A stretch of 64,000 bases of DNA from Bacillota bacterium (GTDB lineage Bacteria > Bacillota > Sulfobacillia > JAJZYS01 > JAILZS01), in the NCBI GenBank assembly GCA_023512375.1, contig JAILZS010000002.1:2659-66658 (forward strand), given 5' to 3'. The translations under genes and the position numbers were made by a program. How positions within the stretch are numbered: the first letter of the stretch is position 1; each line of letters opens with the position of its first letter. Shown here piece by piece: positions 30,707 to 40,111 of this stretch. The notes under the pieces are model-generated. The model was not told the DNA's origin, did not search any database, and saw only the letters and a program-made list of their open reading frames with translations.

Positions 30707-31312
30707 TCAGATCCCTCCCACGTTGAACCCCAGGAGCACGCTCGTGCCGAGGGCGGCCAGGACCACCGCCGCCACCCTCTGCAGGCGCTGCCCCCCCGCC
30801 CAGGCGCCCAGACGACCGCCCACCACGACGGCCACGAAGGCGGCGGCCACGAGTCCGGCCCAGGCGGCCGCCCCCACCACCAAGGGGTGGTGGAGGCGAG
30901 CGGCCAAGGCGGCGATGGCGAACTGCGTGAGGTCGCCGAACTCGGCCACGAACACCAGCGCCGCGGCCTCCAGGACCACGCGCCCGAAGGCGCGCTCGCC
31001 CCGCACGCGCTCGCCCGCCGCCGCCTCCCCGCGCCCGCCTTCGCCCCGCCACCACATGAGGGCGCCGAAGGCGAGGAAGGCGAGGCCGGAGACCATCCGC
31101 ACGGCGAGCGGCGGCACGAGGGCGAGGGCGGAGCCTGCCGCCACGGCCAGAGCGGTGTGGACCAAGAAGGCGAGGGCGGCGCCCAGCCACACCCAGGCGG
31201 GCGGCTGGCGGGTGGCGAGGGTGAGGGAGGTGAGCGAGGTCTTGTCGGGGAGCTCGGCCACGAAGATCACGGCGAACACCACGCCGGCGACGGAGAGCGC
31301 GCTCATGTGCAT
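30707..31312 (-). CDS. UPF0016/GDT1 (TMEM165) family membrane protein, putative cation/H+ exchanger
   Basis: Two E-x-G-D-(K/L)-T motifs (ELPDKTSL and EFGDLTQ) in a six-helix hydrophobic protein of about 200 aa. Confidence 0.7.
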   Translation of the reverse strand: MHMSALSVAGVVFAVIFVAELPDKTSLTSLTLATRQPPAWVWLGAALAFLVHTALAVAAGSALALVPPLAVRMVSGLAFLAFGALMWWRGEGGRGEAAAGERVRGERAFGRVVLEAAALVFVAEFGDLTQFAIAALAARLHHPLVVGAAAWAGLVAAAFVAVVVGGRLGAWAGGQRLQRVAAVVLAALGTSVLLGFNVGGI

Positions 31313-31357
31313 GTCCCAGGGGGTTCGCCCCCGGGCGAGAAGGTTCCTGGGACCGGC

Positions 31358-32359
31358 CTACGCCTCACGTTCGGGCGAGAACTCCACCCAGGTGCCCGTT
31401 CCGGTCGACACCGCCCGGTCGTACACGTAGCGCGCCGCTGCCAGATCCTCCACCGCCAGGCCCATGGACTTGAACAGGGTGCGCTCCTCGGCCGAACGCC
31501 GACCCTCCACCCGGTCGAGCAGGAGCTCGCCCAGCTCGCCCACCACGTGGTCGGACCCGATCGCGCCCTCCTCCAGGGCGGCTCGCAGCTCGTCCGACTC
31601 GTGGGCCGCCGACTCGCGCGCGTCCACGTACACCCTGCAGGCGGCCACGGCTGCCGCGTCCAGCTCCCGGTAGCCCGGTACCCCCGCCCCCACCGCGTTC
31701 ACGTGGCAGCCCGGGGAAAGGTCGCCGCCGTGCAGGATGGGGTCGGTGGCGGCGGTCGTGGTGCACACGATGTCCGCCCCCGCCACCGCCTCGGCGGCGC
31801 TCGCCGCCGCTCGCACCGCAAGGCCCGTGCGCTCGGCCGTGCGCCGGGCGAAGGCGAGGGCGCGCTCGGGGTTGCGCCCCCACACGCGCACCTCGCGCAC
31901 GGGCCGGACCGCCCGCATCGCCTCCACGTGCAAGGCGGCCTGCACGCCGTTGCCCAGGACGGCGAGGACGCCCGCCTCGGGGCGGGCCAGCGTGCGGGTG
32001 GCGACGCCGCTCACGGCCGCCGTACGCACGGCTGTGATCGTGGACGCGTCCACCACCGCCAGAAGGCGCCCGTGCTCGGGCTCGAACAGGAGCACCGGCC
32101 CCTGGTGGGACTCGTAGGGCGTGGCGGTGTTGGCGTTGAAGGCCGTGATCGCCTTGGCGCCCAGGGCGCCCATACCGGGCAGGAAGGCGGGCATCCAGGC
32201 CAGGGCGCCCGTACGGTCGGGCAGCCACAGGATCTGCCGCAAGGGCATGACCGCCTCCCCGCGGGAACGGGCCGCCAGGGCCTGGGCCATGACGTCGATG
32301 CACTCCGCCATGGGGAGCAGGCGGCGCACCTCGGGGTAGCCGAGCACGAGCACGCGCAT
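31358..32359 (-). CDS. Ornithine cyclodeaminase/mu-crystallin family protein
   Basis: About 333 aa with a Rossmann motif (VLAVLGNGVQA) and OCD/mu-crystallin-like architecture. Start ATG behind GGAGGTGGACCCGACG; the 582-aa track ORF is an alternate-frame extension. Confidence 0.7.
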   Translation of the reverse strand: MRVLVLGYPEVRRLLPMAECIDVMAQALAARSRGEAVMPLRQILWLPDRTGALAWMPAFLPGMGALGAKAITAFNANTATPYESHQGPVLLFEPEHGRLLAVVDASTITAVRTAAVSGVATRTLARPEAGVLAVLGNGVQAALHVEAMRAVRPVREVRVWGRNPERALAFARRTAERTGLAVRAAASAAEAVAGADIVCTTTAATDPILHGGDLSPGCHVNAVGAGVPGYRELDAAAVAACRVYVDARESAAHESDELRAALEEGAIGSDHVVGELGELLLDRVEGRRSAEERTLFKSMGLAVEDLAAARYVYDRAVSTGTGTWVEFSPEREA

Positions 32360-32447
32360 CGTCGGGTCCACCTCCGTCGCCCGGCGCGGTCGCCCGCCGG
32401 GCCCGGGTTGGAGACGGGGACATGGGCGGCCGGGGGGCGGACCGCCC

Positions 32448-33623
32448 TCAGCCGGCCGGCGCGGGCGCGCTGCCGCGCCGAAGGGCGAGGACGCGGCTGA
32501 CGTAGGAACGCGCCGCCGCCGGCACCGGCCCGTTGACGGGCACCGCCGCCGGCCCCAACGTGTAGGCGGCCAGCGCCAGGGCGAGGTCGCCGCGGTAGCG
32601 GCGCACCAGGAAGGCCAGGTAGGCCGTGCCGCCGCGCACGTTGGCGCGGGCGTCGTAAGGGTTGCGCACGCCCAGGGCGGCGGCGGTGGCGGGCTCCAGC
32701 TGCATGAGGCCCTGGGCGCCCGTGGCCGACGTGGCCGTGGGGTCGCCCCCCGACTCCACCATGACCACGGCCCACACGAGCGTGGGGTCGAGGCCGTAGG
32801 CACGGGCGACCGCCGCCACCAGGGCGTACAGGCCCGCCGTCCCTCCGCTCCCCCGCCGGGCGAGCGCCACCAACGCCGCCAACGCCCGACGGAGGCCGCG
32901 CGCCCGCGCCGCCAGGCGCGCCACCGCCGCCTCGGCGCTCTGCCGATCGCGGGCGATGCGCGCCACCCATACCGCCTCGCGCGCCCGCGCCCGGGCCACC
33001 GCCGCCCGTGCCGCAGCCGCCCCCTGGGCCGCCCGTCGGGCGGCGGCCGCTGCCTGCCTGAGGTGCGACGCCGCCCGGCGCGCCGCTTCGGCTGCACGGC
33101 CGGCACGCACGAGCGCCTGCACGGACGCAGCCCCCACCTGCGCCATCTCGGCCTCGAGGGCGGCCTGTCCGCTCACGCCCTCGCCCGCCAGGAGAGGGGC
33201 GAGCCCACCCAAGGGGTCGGCGCTGGCGATCTCCGCCCCCCGTAGGATGGCCCGCACCGCCAGCGCACGCCGCCGCGCCACCGCCTCCAGGCGCAGCGCC
33301 TGCTCGCGCGCCCGGCCCGCAGCGGCGGCCGCAGCCCGCGCCTGGGCCTGGCGGCGAAGGGCGACGGTCACGGCGCGGGCGAGATCGCGGTCGGTGGCCG
33401 CCAGGGCGGACAGGGCGGCGCGGGTGCGCCGGGCGAGGGCGGCGGCGCGTGCGCGCTCGGCGTCCAGGCGGGCCACCGTGCGCGACAGCTCCCCCCGCAA
33501 CCGGCCGGCACCCGTACCCGGGGCCGCCGCCGCCGGCGCCGACGCCATGAGCGCAACCGCCAGTGCCGCCCCCACCCAGGGACGGCCCCGGGGGCCGTGC
33601 CACTCCCCTCGCCCGCCTGCCAT
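32448..33623 (-). CDS. Lytic transglycosylase (SLT domain) with signal peptide and Ala/Arg-rich coiled-coil
   Basis: SLT catalytic motif VVMVESGGDPTATSATGAQGLMQLEPATAA...AYLAFL near the C-terminus, a long predicted coiled-coil upstream, and a signal peptide WVGAALAVALMASAPAAAA. Confidence 0.7.
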   Translation of the reverse strand: MAGGRGEWHGPRGRPWVGAALAVALMASAPAAAAPGTGAGRLRGELSRTVARLDAERARAAALARRTRAALSALAATDRDLARAVTVALRRQAQARAAAAAAGRAREQALRLEAVARRRALAVRAILRGAEIASADPLGGLAPLLAGEGVSGQAALEAEMAQVGAASVQALVRAGRAAEAARRAASHLRQAAAAARRAAQGAAAARAAVARARAREAVWVARIARDRQSAEAAVARLAARARGLRRALAALVALARRGSGGTAGLYALVAAVARAYGLDPTLVWAVVMVESGGDPTATSATGAQGLMQLEPATAAALGVRNPYDARANVRGGTAYLAFLVRRYRGDLALALAAYTLGPAAVPVNGPVPAAARSYVSRVLALRRGSAPAPAG

Positions 33624-33675
33624 CGCCGCCCTGGTTCGGCGCCGGCCATGCCTTCCCTGCCGTCGGGGCGGCCGG

Positions 33676-34662
33676 TCAGGCGGAGGCCTCGCCCGCGCCT
33701 TCGGCCGCCAACAGGCGGGCGAGCACGGCCGGATCGGCGTTGCCACCGCTCACCACCAGGGCCAGGGCGGACGTGGGCGAGAGCTTGCCCTCCAGCACCG
33801 CCGCCGCCGTCACCGCCCCCGAGGGCTCGGCCACCACCTTGGCCTCCAGGGCGAGGGCGCGCACCGCCCGGGCGATGGCCGCCTCGGACACGGTGACGAA
33901 GGCGTCCACCCGCTCCCTCAGGACCTCCCACGGGCGCTCGCCCGGGCCCAGGGTCCTCAGGCCGTCGGCCATCGTCTCCGTGTGTTCGAGCTCCAGCCTG
34001 CGCCCCGCCCGCCATGAGTGGTAGGCGGCGGCGGAGCCCTCGGGCTCCACCCCCACCACCCGCACGTCGGGCCTGAGCCCCTTGACGGCCGTGGCCACCC
34101 CGGCCAGGAGCCCCCCGCCGCCCACCGGCACGGCCACCTCCCGCACCTCCGGCATGTCCGCGAGGATCTCCAAGCCGAGCGTCCCCTGCCCCGCCATCAC
34201 GTCGAGGTCATCGTAGGAGGAGACGTACACCAGACCGCGCTCCCGGGCCAGGGCCTGGGCGCGGGCGATGCGCTCGCCCGAGGTGCGGCCGCAGCGTTCC
34301 ACCCTCGCGCCCCAGGCGAGGGCGCCGCGCACCTTGGCGGGCGTGGCATCCTCGGGCACGACGACCGTGACCTCCACCCCGAGCGAGGCCCCGGCCCACG
34401 CCAGCGCCTGCCCGTGGTTTCCGGAGGAGGCCGTGACCACGCCGGCGGGCGGCACGCCGCCGCCCTCCTCCAGGAGGACGAGCAGGCGGTGCATGGCGCC
34501 CCGGGCCTTGAACGCCCCCGTCACCTGCAGGTTCTCCGCCTTGAGGGCGACGGTGGGCCTGTCCCGGCCCGCCCCCCCCACCGGCCACGCCACGAGCGGG
34601 GTGCGGCGCACCCGGCCCGCGAGGCGGCGGGCGGCGGCCTGAACGTCGGTCAGCTCCAGCAT
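33676..34662 (-). CDS. Threonine ammonia-lyase (threonine dehydratase), PLP-dependent
   Basis: About 328 aa fold-type II PLP enzyme (LKAENLQVTGAFKARGA, ASSGNHGQALAW, GGGGLLAGVA). ATG behind AAGGAG. Confidence 0.75.
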   Translation of the reverse strand: MLELTDVQAAARRLAGRVRRTPLVAWPVGGAGRDRPTVALKAENLQVTGAFKARGAMHRLLVLLEEGGGVPPAGVVTASSGNHGQALAWAGASLGVEVTVVVPEDATPAKVRGALAWGARVERCGRTSGERIARAQALARERGLVYVSSYDDLDVMAGQGTLGLEILADMPEVREVAVPVGGGGLLAGVATAVKGLRPDVRVVGVEPEGSAAAYHSWRAGRRLELEHTETMADGLRTLGPGERPWEVLRERVDAFVTVSEAAIARAVRALALEAKVVAEPSGAVTAAAVLEGKLSPTSALALVVSGGNADPAVLARLLAAEGAGEASA

Positions 34663-34826
34663 GGGCGGCGATCGCTCCTTTGCCGTACGACACGCGCAAA
34701 CGGGTCCACCCCCTCCTTCGCGCCCGCCTGCCCGCCGTCCTCCCCCGCGCCCGTCTTGGGTACGCAGGCGCCGACAGGGATCTCCCCCGTCGGCGCGAAA
34801 CGCCCCTGGGTCGACAGACTCCGGGC

Positions 34827-35030
34827 CTAGCCGAAGTTGCAGGCGTCGGGAGAGGTGCAAGGGAGGGGTGACGCGGGCTGGCTCGTGTCGGCGGCCAGCA
34901 TCGGCGCCGCCCGCTCCGCCGCCGAGGAGGTGCCGGGGCCATGGAAGGCGAGGGCGAGCGACGCGGCCACGGCGACCGCCGCCAGGGCGGCGGCGCCGAC
35001 GCCAGGTCGCCTGCCGCGGGTGTGCCGCAC
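34827..35030 (-). CDS. Hypothetical small secreted peptide precursor (67 aa; signal peptide plus a C-terminal 2-Cys motif CTSPDAC)
   Basis: GTG start 6 nt after a strong RBS GGAAGGAGGGA. N-region RHTRGRRPG, h-region VGAAALAAVAVAASLALA, then FHGPGTSSAAERAAPMLAADTSQPASPLPCTSPDACNFG. This is a prediction only; spurious ORFs are common in this GC background. Confidence 0.3.
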   Translation of the reverse strand: MRHTRGRRPGVGAAALAAVAVAASLALAFHGPGTSSAAERAAPMLAADTSQPASPLPCTSPDACNFG

Positions 35031-35162
35031 GGAGGATCCCTCCTTCCTGGATCGGGGTCGGGAACATTGCCTGCCATTCCCCATCCAGCCCGTTCTTCCT
35101 CCCGCTTCCAGGAAGGATTCGCGCTACGGCGCGAGGCCGCGCGCCGCCGTCTGGGGCAGGCG

Positions 35163-36554
35163 GTGCGGCGGGCGGCCGCGCGCACGTCGGGGTTGGGTGC
35201 AGGCGAACCGGCCGCCCACGCCTTCGGCCGCTTCCGCGACCTGGCAGAGGTGGACGAGAGCGCCCGCCGCCTGGGTGCCGACCTGTGCGCCTGGCACCGC
35301 CTCTATCTGGCGGCCCAGGCGCCCGAGGGCGTCGAACGCGCCCTCCTCCACCTCGTGGCCACGGGAGACCGAGGGTGCGCCCTTCGGGCCGTGCACCTTC
35401 TGGCCCGCGGTCTGCGGGAGTGCGGCGCCCACGCCCCCTTGGCGAGGGCGCGCTACTGGCTGGGCGCCCTGGCGGCGCCCGGCCCGGGGTCGGAGCGCGC
35501 CCTGCGACGGTTGCGCCAGGCTCTGGCGGCGGCCGTGGAGCACGGCGAGGGGGAGAGGGCCGCCCGCGTCCTGGGGCAGATCGGCCGCCACCTCCTGGTT
35601 CTGGGACGGACGGCGGAGGCGTATTCCCGCCTGGAGGCCGCCCTGGCCCTGGCCGGCGCGGAGGAGAGGCAGGACGCCACCGTCCTCCCCCCCGTGGTGC
35701 GAGCCGGCCTGTGGGCGAACCTCGGCCTCTCCCTCGCCCGCCTCGGGCATCTGGAGCGGGCGGGCGCCGCCTACCGGCGCGCCTTCGACCTGGCGCAGGC
35801 GGCGGGGCGGGAGGACGCGGCCATGCACGCCCGCGACGGCCTGCGCTTCGTGGCCGAGCAGCGCGGCCACCTCGAGGAGGCGTTCCTCCACGCCCAGGCC
35901 GTCCTCGCCTGGCGGCGCAGGGTCGGGCCGCCCGCCATGACCCAGCGCGCCCTGGTCACCCTGGCGCGCATCGCCCACGACCTCGACCCGCCGGGCGACG
36001 CCGCCCTCGCCCTCCTCGACGAGGCTGCCGCCCTGCCGGCCGACGCGGGCGACCGCGCCGCACGCCTGATGTGCCAGGCACTGGTCCACGCCGACCGGGA
36101 AGAGGACGCGGCGTCGCGCGCCGCCCTCACCCTGGCCGAGGCGGAACTGGCCCGGATGGCGGAGCCGGAACGGAGCACGGCGGCCTTCCACCTCGCCTAC
36201 CTCCACGCCCACCTCCTGTGGGCCCGGGGCGAGGTGGCGGGGGCGTACGAGTGGTACCGGCAGGCGGCGGCCGTCCTGGCCGCCGAAGGCGTACGGCGGC
36301 TCGACGTCCCGGCCCACCAGCGCGCCGGCCTCATGGCGGACATGGCCGCCGCCGCCCAAGGGGTGGGGAGGACGGAGGAGGCGGCGCGCATGGCGGTGGA
36401 GATGGAGCGGGCCTGGCGGCCGGAGCCCCTGCCCGACGCCTCCCCGGCGGCCGTTGTGCGCGGCGAGCTCGCCGCCCTGCCGGGGCGCGAGGAGGCGAGG
36501 CGGGCGGCGCGCGTGGTCATCCTGCCGACCCCCGGGCGCCGTGCAGGACGTTAG
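35163..36554 (+). CDS. Hypothetical TPR-like repeat protein
   Basis: Repeated A/L-rich helical hairpins (..AEAYSRLEAALALAG.., ..GHLERAGAAYRRAFDLAQAAGRED.., ..ARGEVAGAYEWYRQAA..). The start is uncertain; a GTG at 35163 is the first candidate after the divergent small ORF. Confidence 0.4.
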   Translation: MRRAAARTSGLGAGEPAAHAFGRFRDLAEVDESARRLGADLCAWHRLYLAAQAPEGVERALLHLVATGDRGCALRAVHLLARGLRECGAHAPLARARYWLGALAAPGPGSERALRRLRQALAAAVEHGEGERAARVLGQIGRHLLVLGRTAEAYSRLEAALALAGAEERQDATVLPPVVRAGLWANLGLSLARLGHLERAGAAYRRAFDLAQAAGREDAAMHARDGLRFVAEQRGHLEEAFLHAQAVLAWRRRVGPPAMTQRALVTLARIAHDLDPPGDAALALLDEAAALPADAGDRAARLMCQALVHADREEDAASRAALTLAEAELARMAEPERSTAAFHLAYLHAHLLWARGEVAGAYEWYRQAAAVLAAEGVRRLDVPAHQRAGLMADMAAAAQGVGRTEEAARMAVEMERAWRPEPLPDASPAAVVRGELAALPGREEARRAARVVILPTPGRRAGR

Positions 36555-38008
36555 CGCCAGCGCCGCTCCGCCAAGCGCAGGAGGAGCCGCTCCCGCGTGT
36601 TCTCCTCCGGCCGCTCGAGCACCACCTCGCCCAACGCGCGTAGCACCTCGCCCACGCGCGGCCCCGGTCGGATGCCGAGGACGCGCATGACGTCGCGGCC
36701 GTCCACGGCCAGCCGCCGTCCCCCCGGTGCCGCCGTCTGCGCCACCGCCTCCTCCAGGGCCTTGCGCGCCGCCTCGTACGCCGGCCAGCCCAGGGGGGTG
36801 GAGGCGGCCACGTCCGCCCGGTGCAGGTCGAGAAGGTCGCGCGCCCCCTCCTCCCCCAGCTGGCGCACCAGGCGCCTGAGGCCGGCGGCGGAGGCCTCCT
36901 CCCATGGCCACAGGTGGACCGCCACCAGCGCCGCCACCCGCTCGGTGAGGCGCGTCGGCTGCCTGAGGTCGCGCATCGCCTCGCGCGCCATCTCCGCCCC
37001 CACGGCCTCATGGCCGTGGAAGGCGACGCGCCCGGACGGGGTGCGGGCGAAGGTGCGGGGCTTTCCCAGGTCGTGCAGCAGCGCCGCCCACCGCAAGACG
37101 GGACGGGGGGGACAGAGGGCGGCGGTGAGGACGCTGTGCAGGTCGACCGGCTTGTGGTCGACGCGCAGGCGCCGGTCGACGAGGGCGGCGGCCGTCAGGC
37201 TGCCGCGCCAGCGGCTCTCCTCGAAGGCGGTGAGCTCGCGCCACAAGGGGATGGCGTGGGGGAGGAGGACGCGCGCCACGTCGGCCATCACGTCGGCCAG
37301 GCGGGGGGCGAGGAGGAGGCGGTCGAGCTCGTCGCGCACCCGTTCCCGCGCCACGTACGCGAGGTCGGGCGCCGCGTGGCGGGCGGCGCGGGCCGTGGCT
37401 GCCTCGGGGCGGAACCCCAGCTCCGCCGCCAGACGGAAGAGGCGCGCCACCCGCAGGGGGTCCTCGCGCAGGCGCGCCTCGGGCTCGCCCACCGCCCTAA
37501 GGCGCCTGCGGGCGAGGTCGCGGCGGCCGCCGTAAGGGTCGACGAGGACACCGTCCCCCGGCCCGGGGCCGGCGACGAAGGGGCGCCAGGCGAGGGCGTT
37601 GACGGTGAAGTCCCGCCGCCCCAGGTCCGTGGCCACGTCCGTCGTCCACACCACGCGCTCCGGATGGCGCCGGTCCCGGTAGCCGCCCTCGGCCCGGAGG
37701 GTGGTCACCTCCACCGGCGCGCCGCCCTCCGCCGGCACGGCCGTGAGCGTGCCGAAGCGCACGCCCGTCGGCACCACGTCGAAGCCGTGCCGGCGCAGCA
37801 CCTCGGCCACCCGTTCGGGCACGAGAGGCGTGGCCACGTCGTGGTCGCGCGTCGGCCGTCCGAGGAGGAGGTCGCGCACCGCCCCCCCGACCACGTAGGC
37901 GGCGCCGCCCTCTTCGCCCTCCAGGGCGCGGCACAGGCGCGCCACCGCCGTTGGCAGGTGGGCGGCAGAAAGGGCGCGGGGAGCACCGGTGGGCGCAGGC
38001 GCGGCCAC
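36551..38008 (-). CDS. cca: CCA-adding tRNA nucleotidyltransferase (poly(A) polymerase head plus HD domain)
   Basis: VVGGAVRDLLLGRPTRDHDVAT (GGxVRD...DxD nucleotidyltransferase motif), TLRAEGGYRD, and a C-terminal HD domain (LLHDLGK). GTG start behind GGAGGGGAGGG; an alternative ATG is at 38047. Confidence 0.8.
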   Translation of the reverse strand: MAAPAPTGAPRALSAAHLPTAVARLCRALEGEEGGAAYVVGGAVRDLLLGRPTRDHDVATPLVPERVAEVLRRHGFDVVPTGVRFGTLTAVPAEGGAPVEVTTLRAEGGYRDRRHPERVVWTTDVATDLGRRDFTVNALAWRPFVAGPGPGDGVLVDPYGGRRDLARRRLRAVGEPEARLREDPLRVARLFRLAAELGFRPEAATARAARHAAPDLAYVARERVRDELDRLLLAPRLADVMADVARVLLPHAIPLWRELTAFEESRWRGSLTAAALVDRRLRVDHKPVDLHSVLTAALCPPRPVLRWAALLHDLGKPRTFARTPSGRVAFHGHEAVGAEMAREAMRDLRQPTRLTERVAALVAVHLWPWEEASAAGLRRLVRQLGEEGARDLLDLHRADVAASTPLGWPAYEAARKALEEAVAQTAAPGGRRLAVDGRDVMRVLGIRPGPRVGEVLRALGEVVLERPEENTRERLLLRLAERRWR

Positions 38009-38156
38009 GTCGATCCCTCCCCTCCGTCCGCACCGGTATGGTACCATCGCCGCCGTCCCCCGACCGAATTCGTGTTTTCCGATCGGTGACCGTGTGGTAC
38101 CCTGACCCGAGGAAGATCCGACCAGCGCGCGCCGCGCGCCACGAGGAGGCATCGAG

Positions 38157-38810
38157 ATGGCCGAGGAGGAGATCCGTTCCCTACCCCGCATCGGGGAGCC
38201 CGCGCCGGACTTCGAGGCGCCCACGAGCCGCGGACCGGTGAAGCTGTCCGATTACAACGGCAAGTGGCTCATGCTCTTCTCCCACCCCGCCGACTTCACG
38301 CCCGTGTGCACGACGGAGATCTCGGCCTTCGCCCGCCGCTACGGCGAGTTTCAGGCCCGCGGCGTCGAGCTTCTAGGCCTGTCGGTGGACAGCGTCCACT
38401 CCCACATCGCCTGGACGCGCGACATGGCAGAGATGGGCGCCCCGGTGCCCTTCCCCATCATCGCCGACCTGGACATGTCGGTGGCGCGCCGCTACGGCAT
38501 GATCCACCCCAACGAGTCGGCGACGGCCACGGTGCGGGCGGTGTTCTTCATCGACCCCAAGGGGATCGTGCGCGCCATCCTCTACTACCCCATGAGCCTG
38601 GGCCGAAGCGTGGACGAGCTTCTGCGCGTGATCGACGGCCTGCAGACGGCCGATCGTCTGGGCGTTTCCACCCCGGCCGACTGGCGCCCGGGCAGCGAGG
38701 TGATCGTCCCCGCGCCCAAGAGCGCCGCAGAGGTGGAGACGCCCGAGGAGGCTCGGGCGAAGGGGTACACCTACCACACCTGGTACCTGCGCACCAAGCC
38801 CCAGGGTTAG
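38157..38810 (+). CDS. Peroxiredoxin (1-Cys Prx / Prx6-like, AhpC-TSA family)
   Basis: LFSHPADFTPVCTTE peroxidatic Cys motif; 217 aa; RBS GGAGGCATCGAG ATG. Confidence 0.85.
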   Translation: MAEEEIRSLPRIGEPAPDFEAPTSRGPVKLSDYNGKWLMLFSHPADFTPVCTTEISAFARRYGEFQARGVELLGLSVDSVHSHIAWTRDMAEMGAPVPFPIIADLDMSVARRYGMIHPNESATATVRAVFFIDPKGIVRAILYYPMSLGRSVDELLRVIDGLQTADRLGVSTPADWRPGSEVIVPAPKSAAEVETPEEARAKGYTYHTWYLRTKPQG

Positions 38811-40024
38811 GACCCAAACGCGGCGGGGGGGCGCGGCGGCGGCGGGGTCCGCCGCCGCGCCCGCCTCTGCGTAGGGGACGGGGCGGCCGCCAAGGGCGAA
38901 AGGCGCCCCCCCGGTCCCACCCGGTAGGCGCGGCCGCGCCAGCGCAGGCGCCGGCCGACGAGGGCGGCCGCCCAGGCGGCGCCGGCCGCGATCTCGACGG
39001 CGGCGGCGAGAAGGGGTCCGGGCGGGCGTTCGCCGGCCGGGGTGTGCAGCGCCCCCAGCGCCCACCGTCCGGCCACGGCCAGGACGGCCAGGGCCAGGGC
39101 CGGCCGGGCGCCGCCGACGGCCGCGGCCAGCAGGGAGAGGACGAGGGGATACGTGACGATCGAGCCCGCGTAGCCCCACGGCCGGCTCGTACGGGTGGCG
39201 TGCATCCAGCGCACGAGGTGGTGCCAGAGGGCGGCGGCGTCCGCCTCCGCCACGTGGGTCACGACGGCGGCCGGGGCGAAGGCCACCCGCAGGCCCAGGC
39301 GCTCGACGGCGCGGCCCAGGGCGAAGTCGTCGGCCAGATGGTCGGCCGCCGCCGAAAGCCCGCCCAGGCGTTCAAGGGTGTCGCGCCCCAGGGCGAGCGT
39401 CGCCCCCAGGCCGTAGGCGCTCGCTCGCCCCCACGTGCCCACGCGCACGGACGGGATGAAGAACGCGTTGAGGAACGCGGCCATGGCGCGCGACGCGAGA
39501 GCGGCGTCGGCGGGGGCCGCCCGGTACAGACAGGTGGCCGCCCCCACCCCCGGGCCTGCCAGCGCGGCGACGACGAGCCGAAGGTAGTCGGGTCCCACCG
39601 CCACGTCGGCGTCGCTCAGGACGAGCACGGCATGCTCGGCCAGGGGGAGCATGGCGGCCAGGTTGTTCATCTTCGGGTTTCCGCCCACCGCGGGGGCGCA
39701 GGAGGAGACGGCCACCGGCACCCGGGGGTAGCGCCGGCGCAGGCGCTCCACCGCCGCCAGGGCGCCGTCGTCGGGCGACTCGACCCCGAACACCACCTGC
39801 CAGCGCGGATAGTCCTGGCGGAAGAAGGTCTCCAGGCGGGCGTCGAGCTCGGGCTCGGGGCCGTGCAGGGGCTTGAGGACGGTGACGGGCGGCAACGAGG
39901 CATCCCCCCCACCCATGCCTTTGGCGGAGGGGCGCCGGTCGGCGAGGGAGAGGCCGAGGGCCAAGAGGAGGTACGCGTCGCCCCCCGCCGCCAGGGCGAA
40001 GAGGGCTACCGGTACGGGATCCAT
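38807..40024 (-). CDS. Glycosyltransferase family 2/21 (ceramide glucosyltransferase / HpnI-like)
   Basis: VTVLKPLHGPEPELDARLETFFRQDYPRWQVVFGVESPDD...LSDADVAVGPDYL and a C-terminal TM region, typical of GT21-type membrane glycosyltransferases. Confidence 0.6.
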   Translation of the reverse strand: MDPVPVALFALAAGGDAYLLLALGLSLADRRPSAKGMGGGDASLPPVTVLKPLHGPEPELDARLETFFRQDYPRWQVVFGVESPDDGALAAVERLRRRYPRVPVAVSSCAPAVGGNPKMNNLAAMLPLAEHAVLVLSDADVAVGPDYLRLVVAALAGPGVGAATCLYRAAPADAALASRAMAAFLNAFFIPSVRVGTWGRASAYGLGATLALGRDTLERLGGLSAAADHLADDFALGRAVERLGLRVAFAPAAVVTHVAEADAAALWHHLVRWMHATRTSRPWGYAGSIVTYPLVLSLLAAAVGGARPALALAVLAVAGRWALGALHTPAGERPPGPLLAAAVEIAAGAAWAAALVGRRLRWRGRAYRVGPGGRLSPLAAAPSPTQRRARRRTPPPPRPPAAFGS

Positions 40025-40111
40025 GTCCGCCCACTTCGTCCGGTGCAGGGAAAGTCCTCCGCCGCGCGCCGCCGTGCGCCGCCGGGGACATCGGCAGCCG
40101 CGGTTGGGGCG

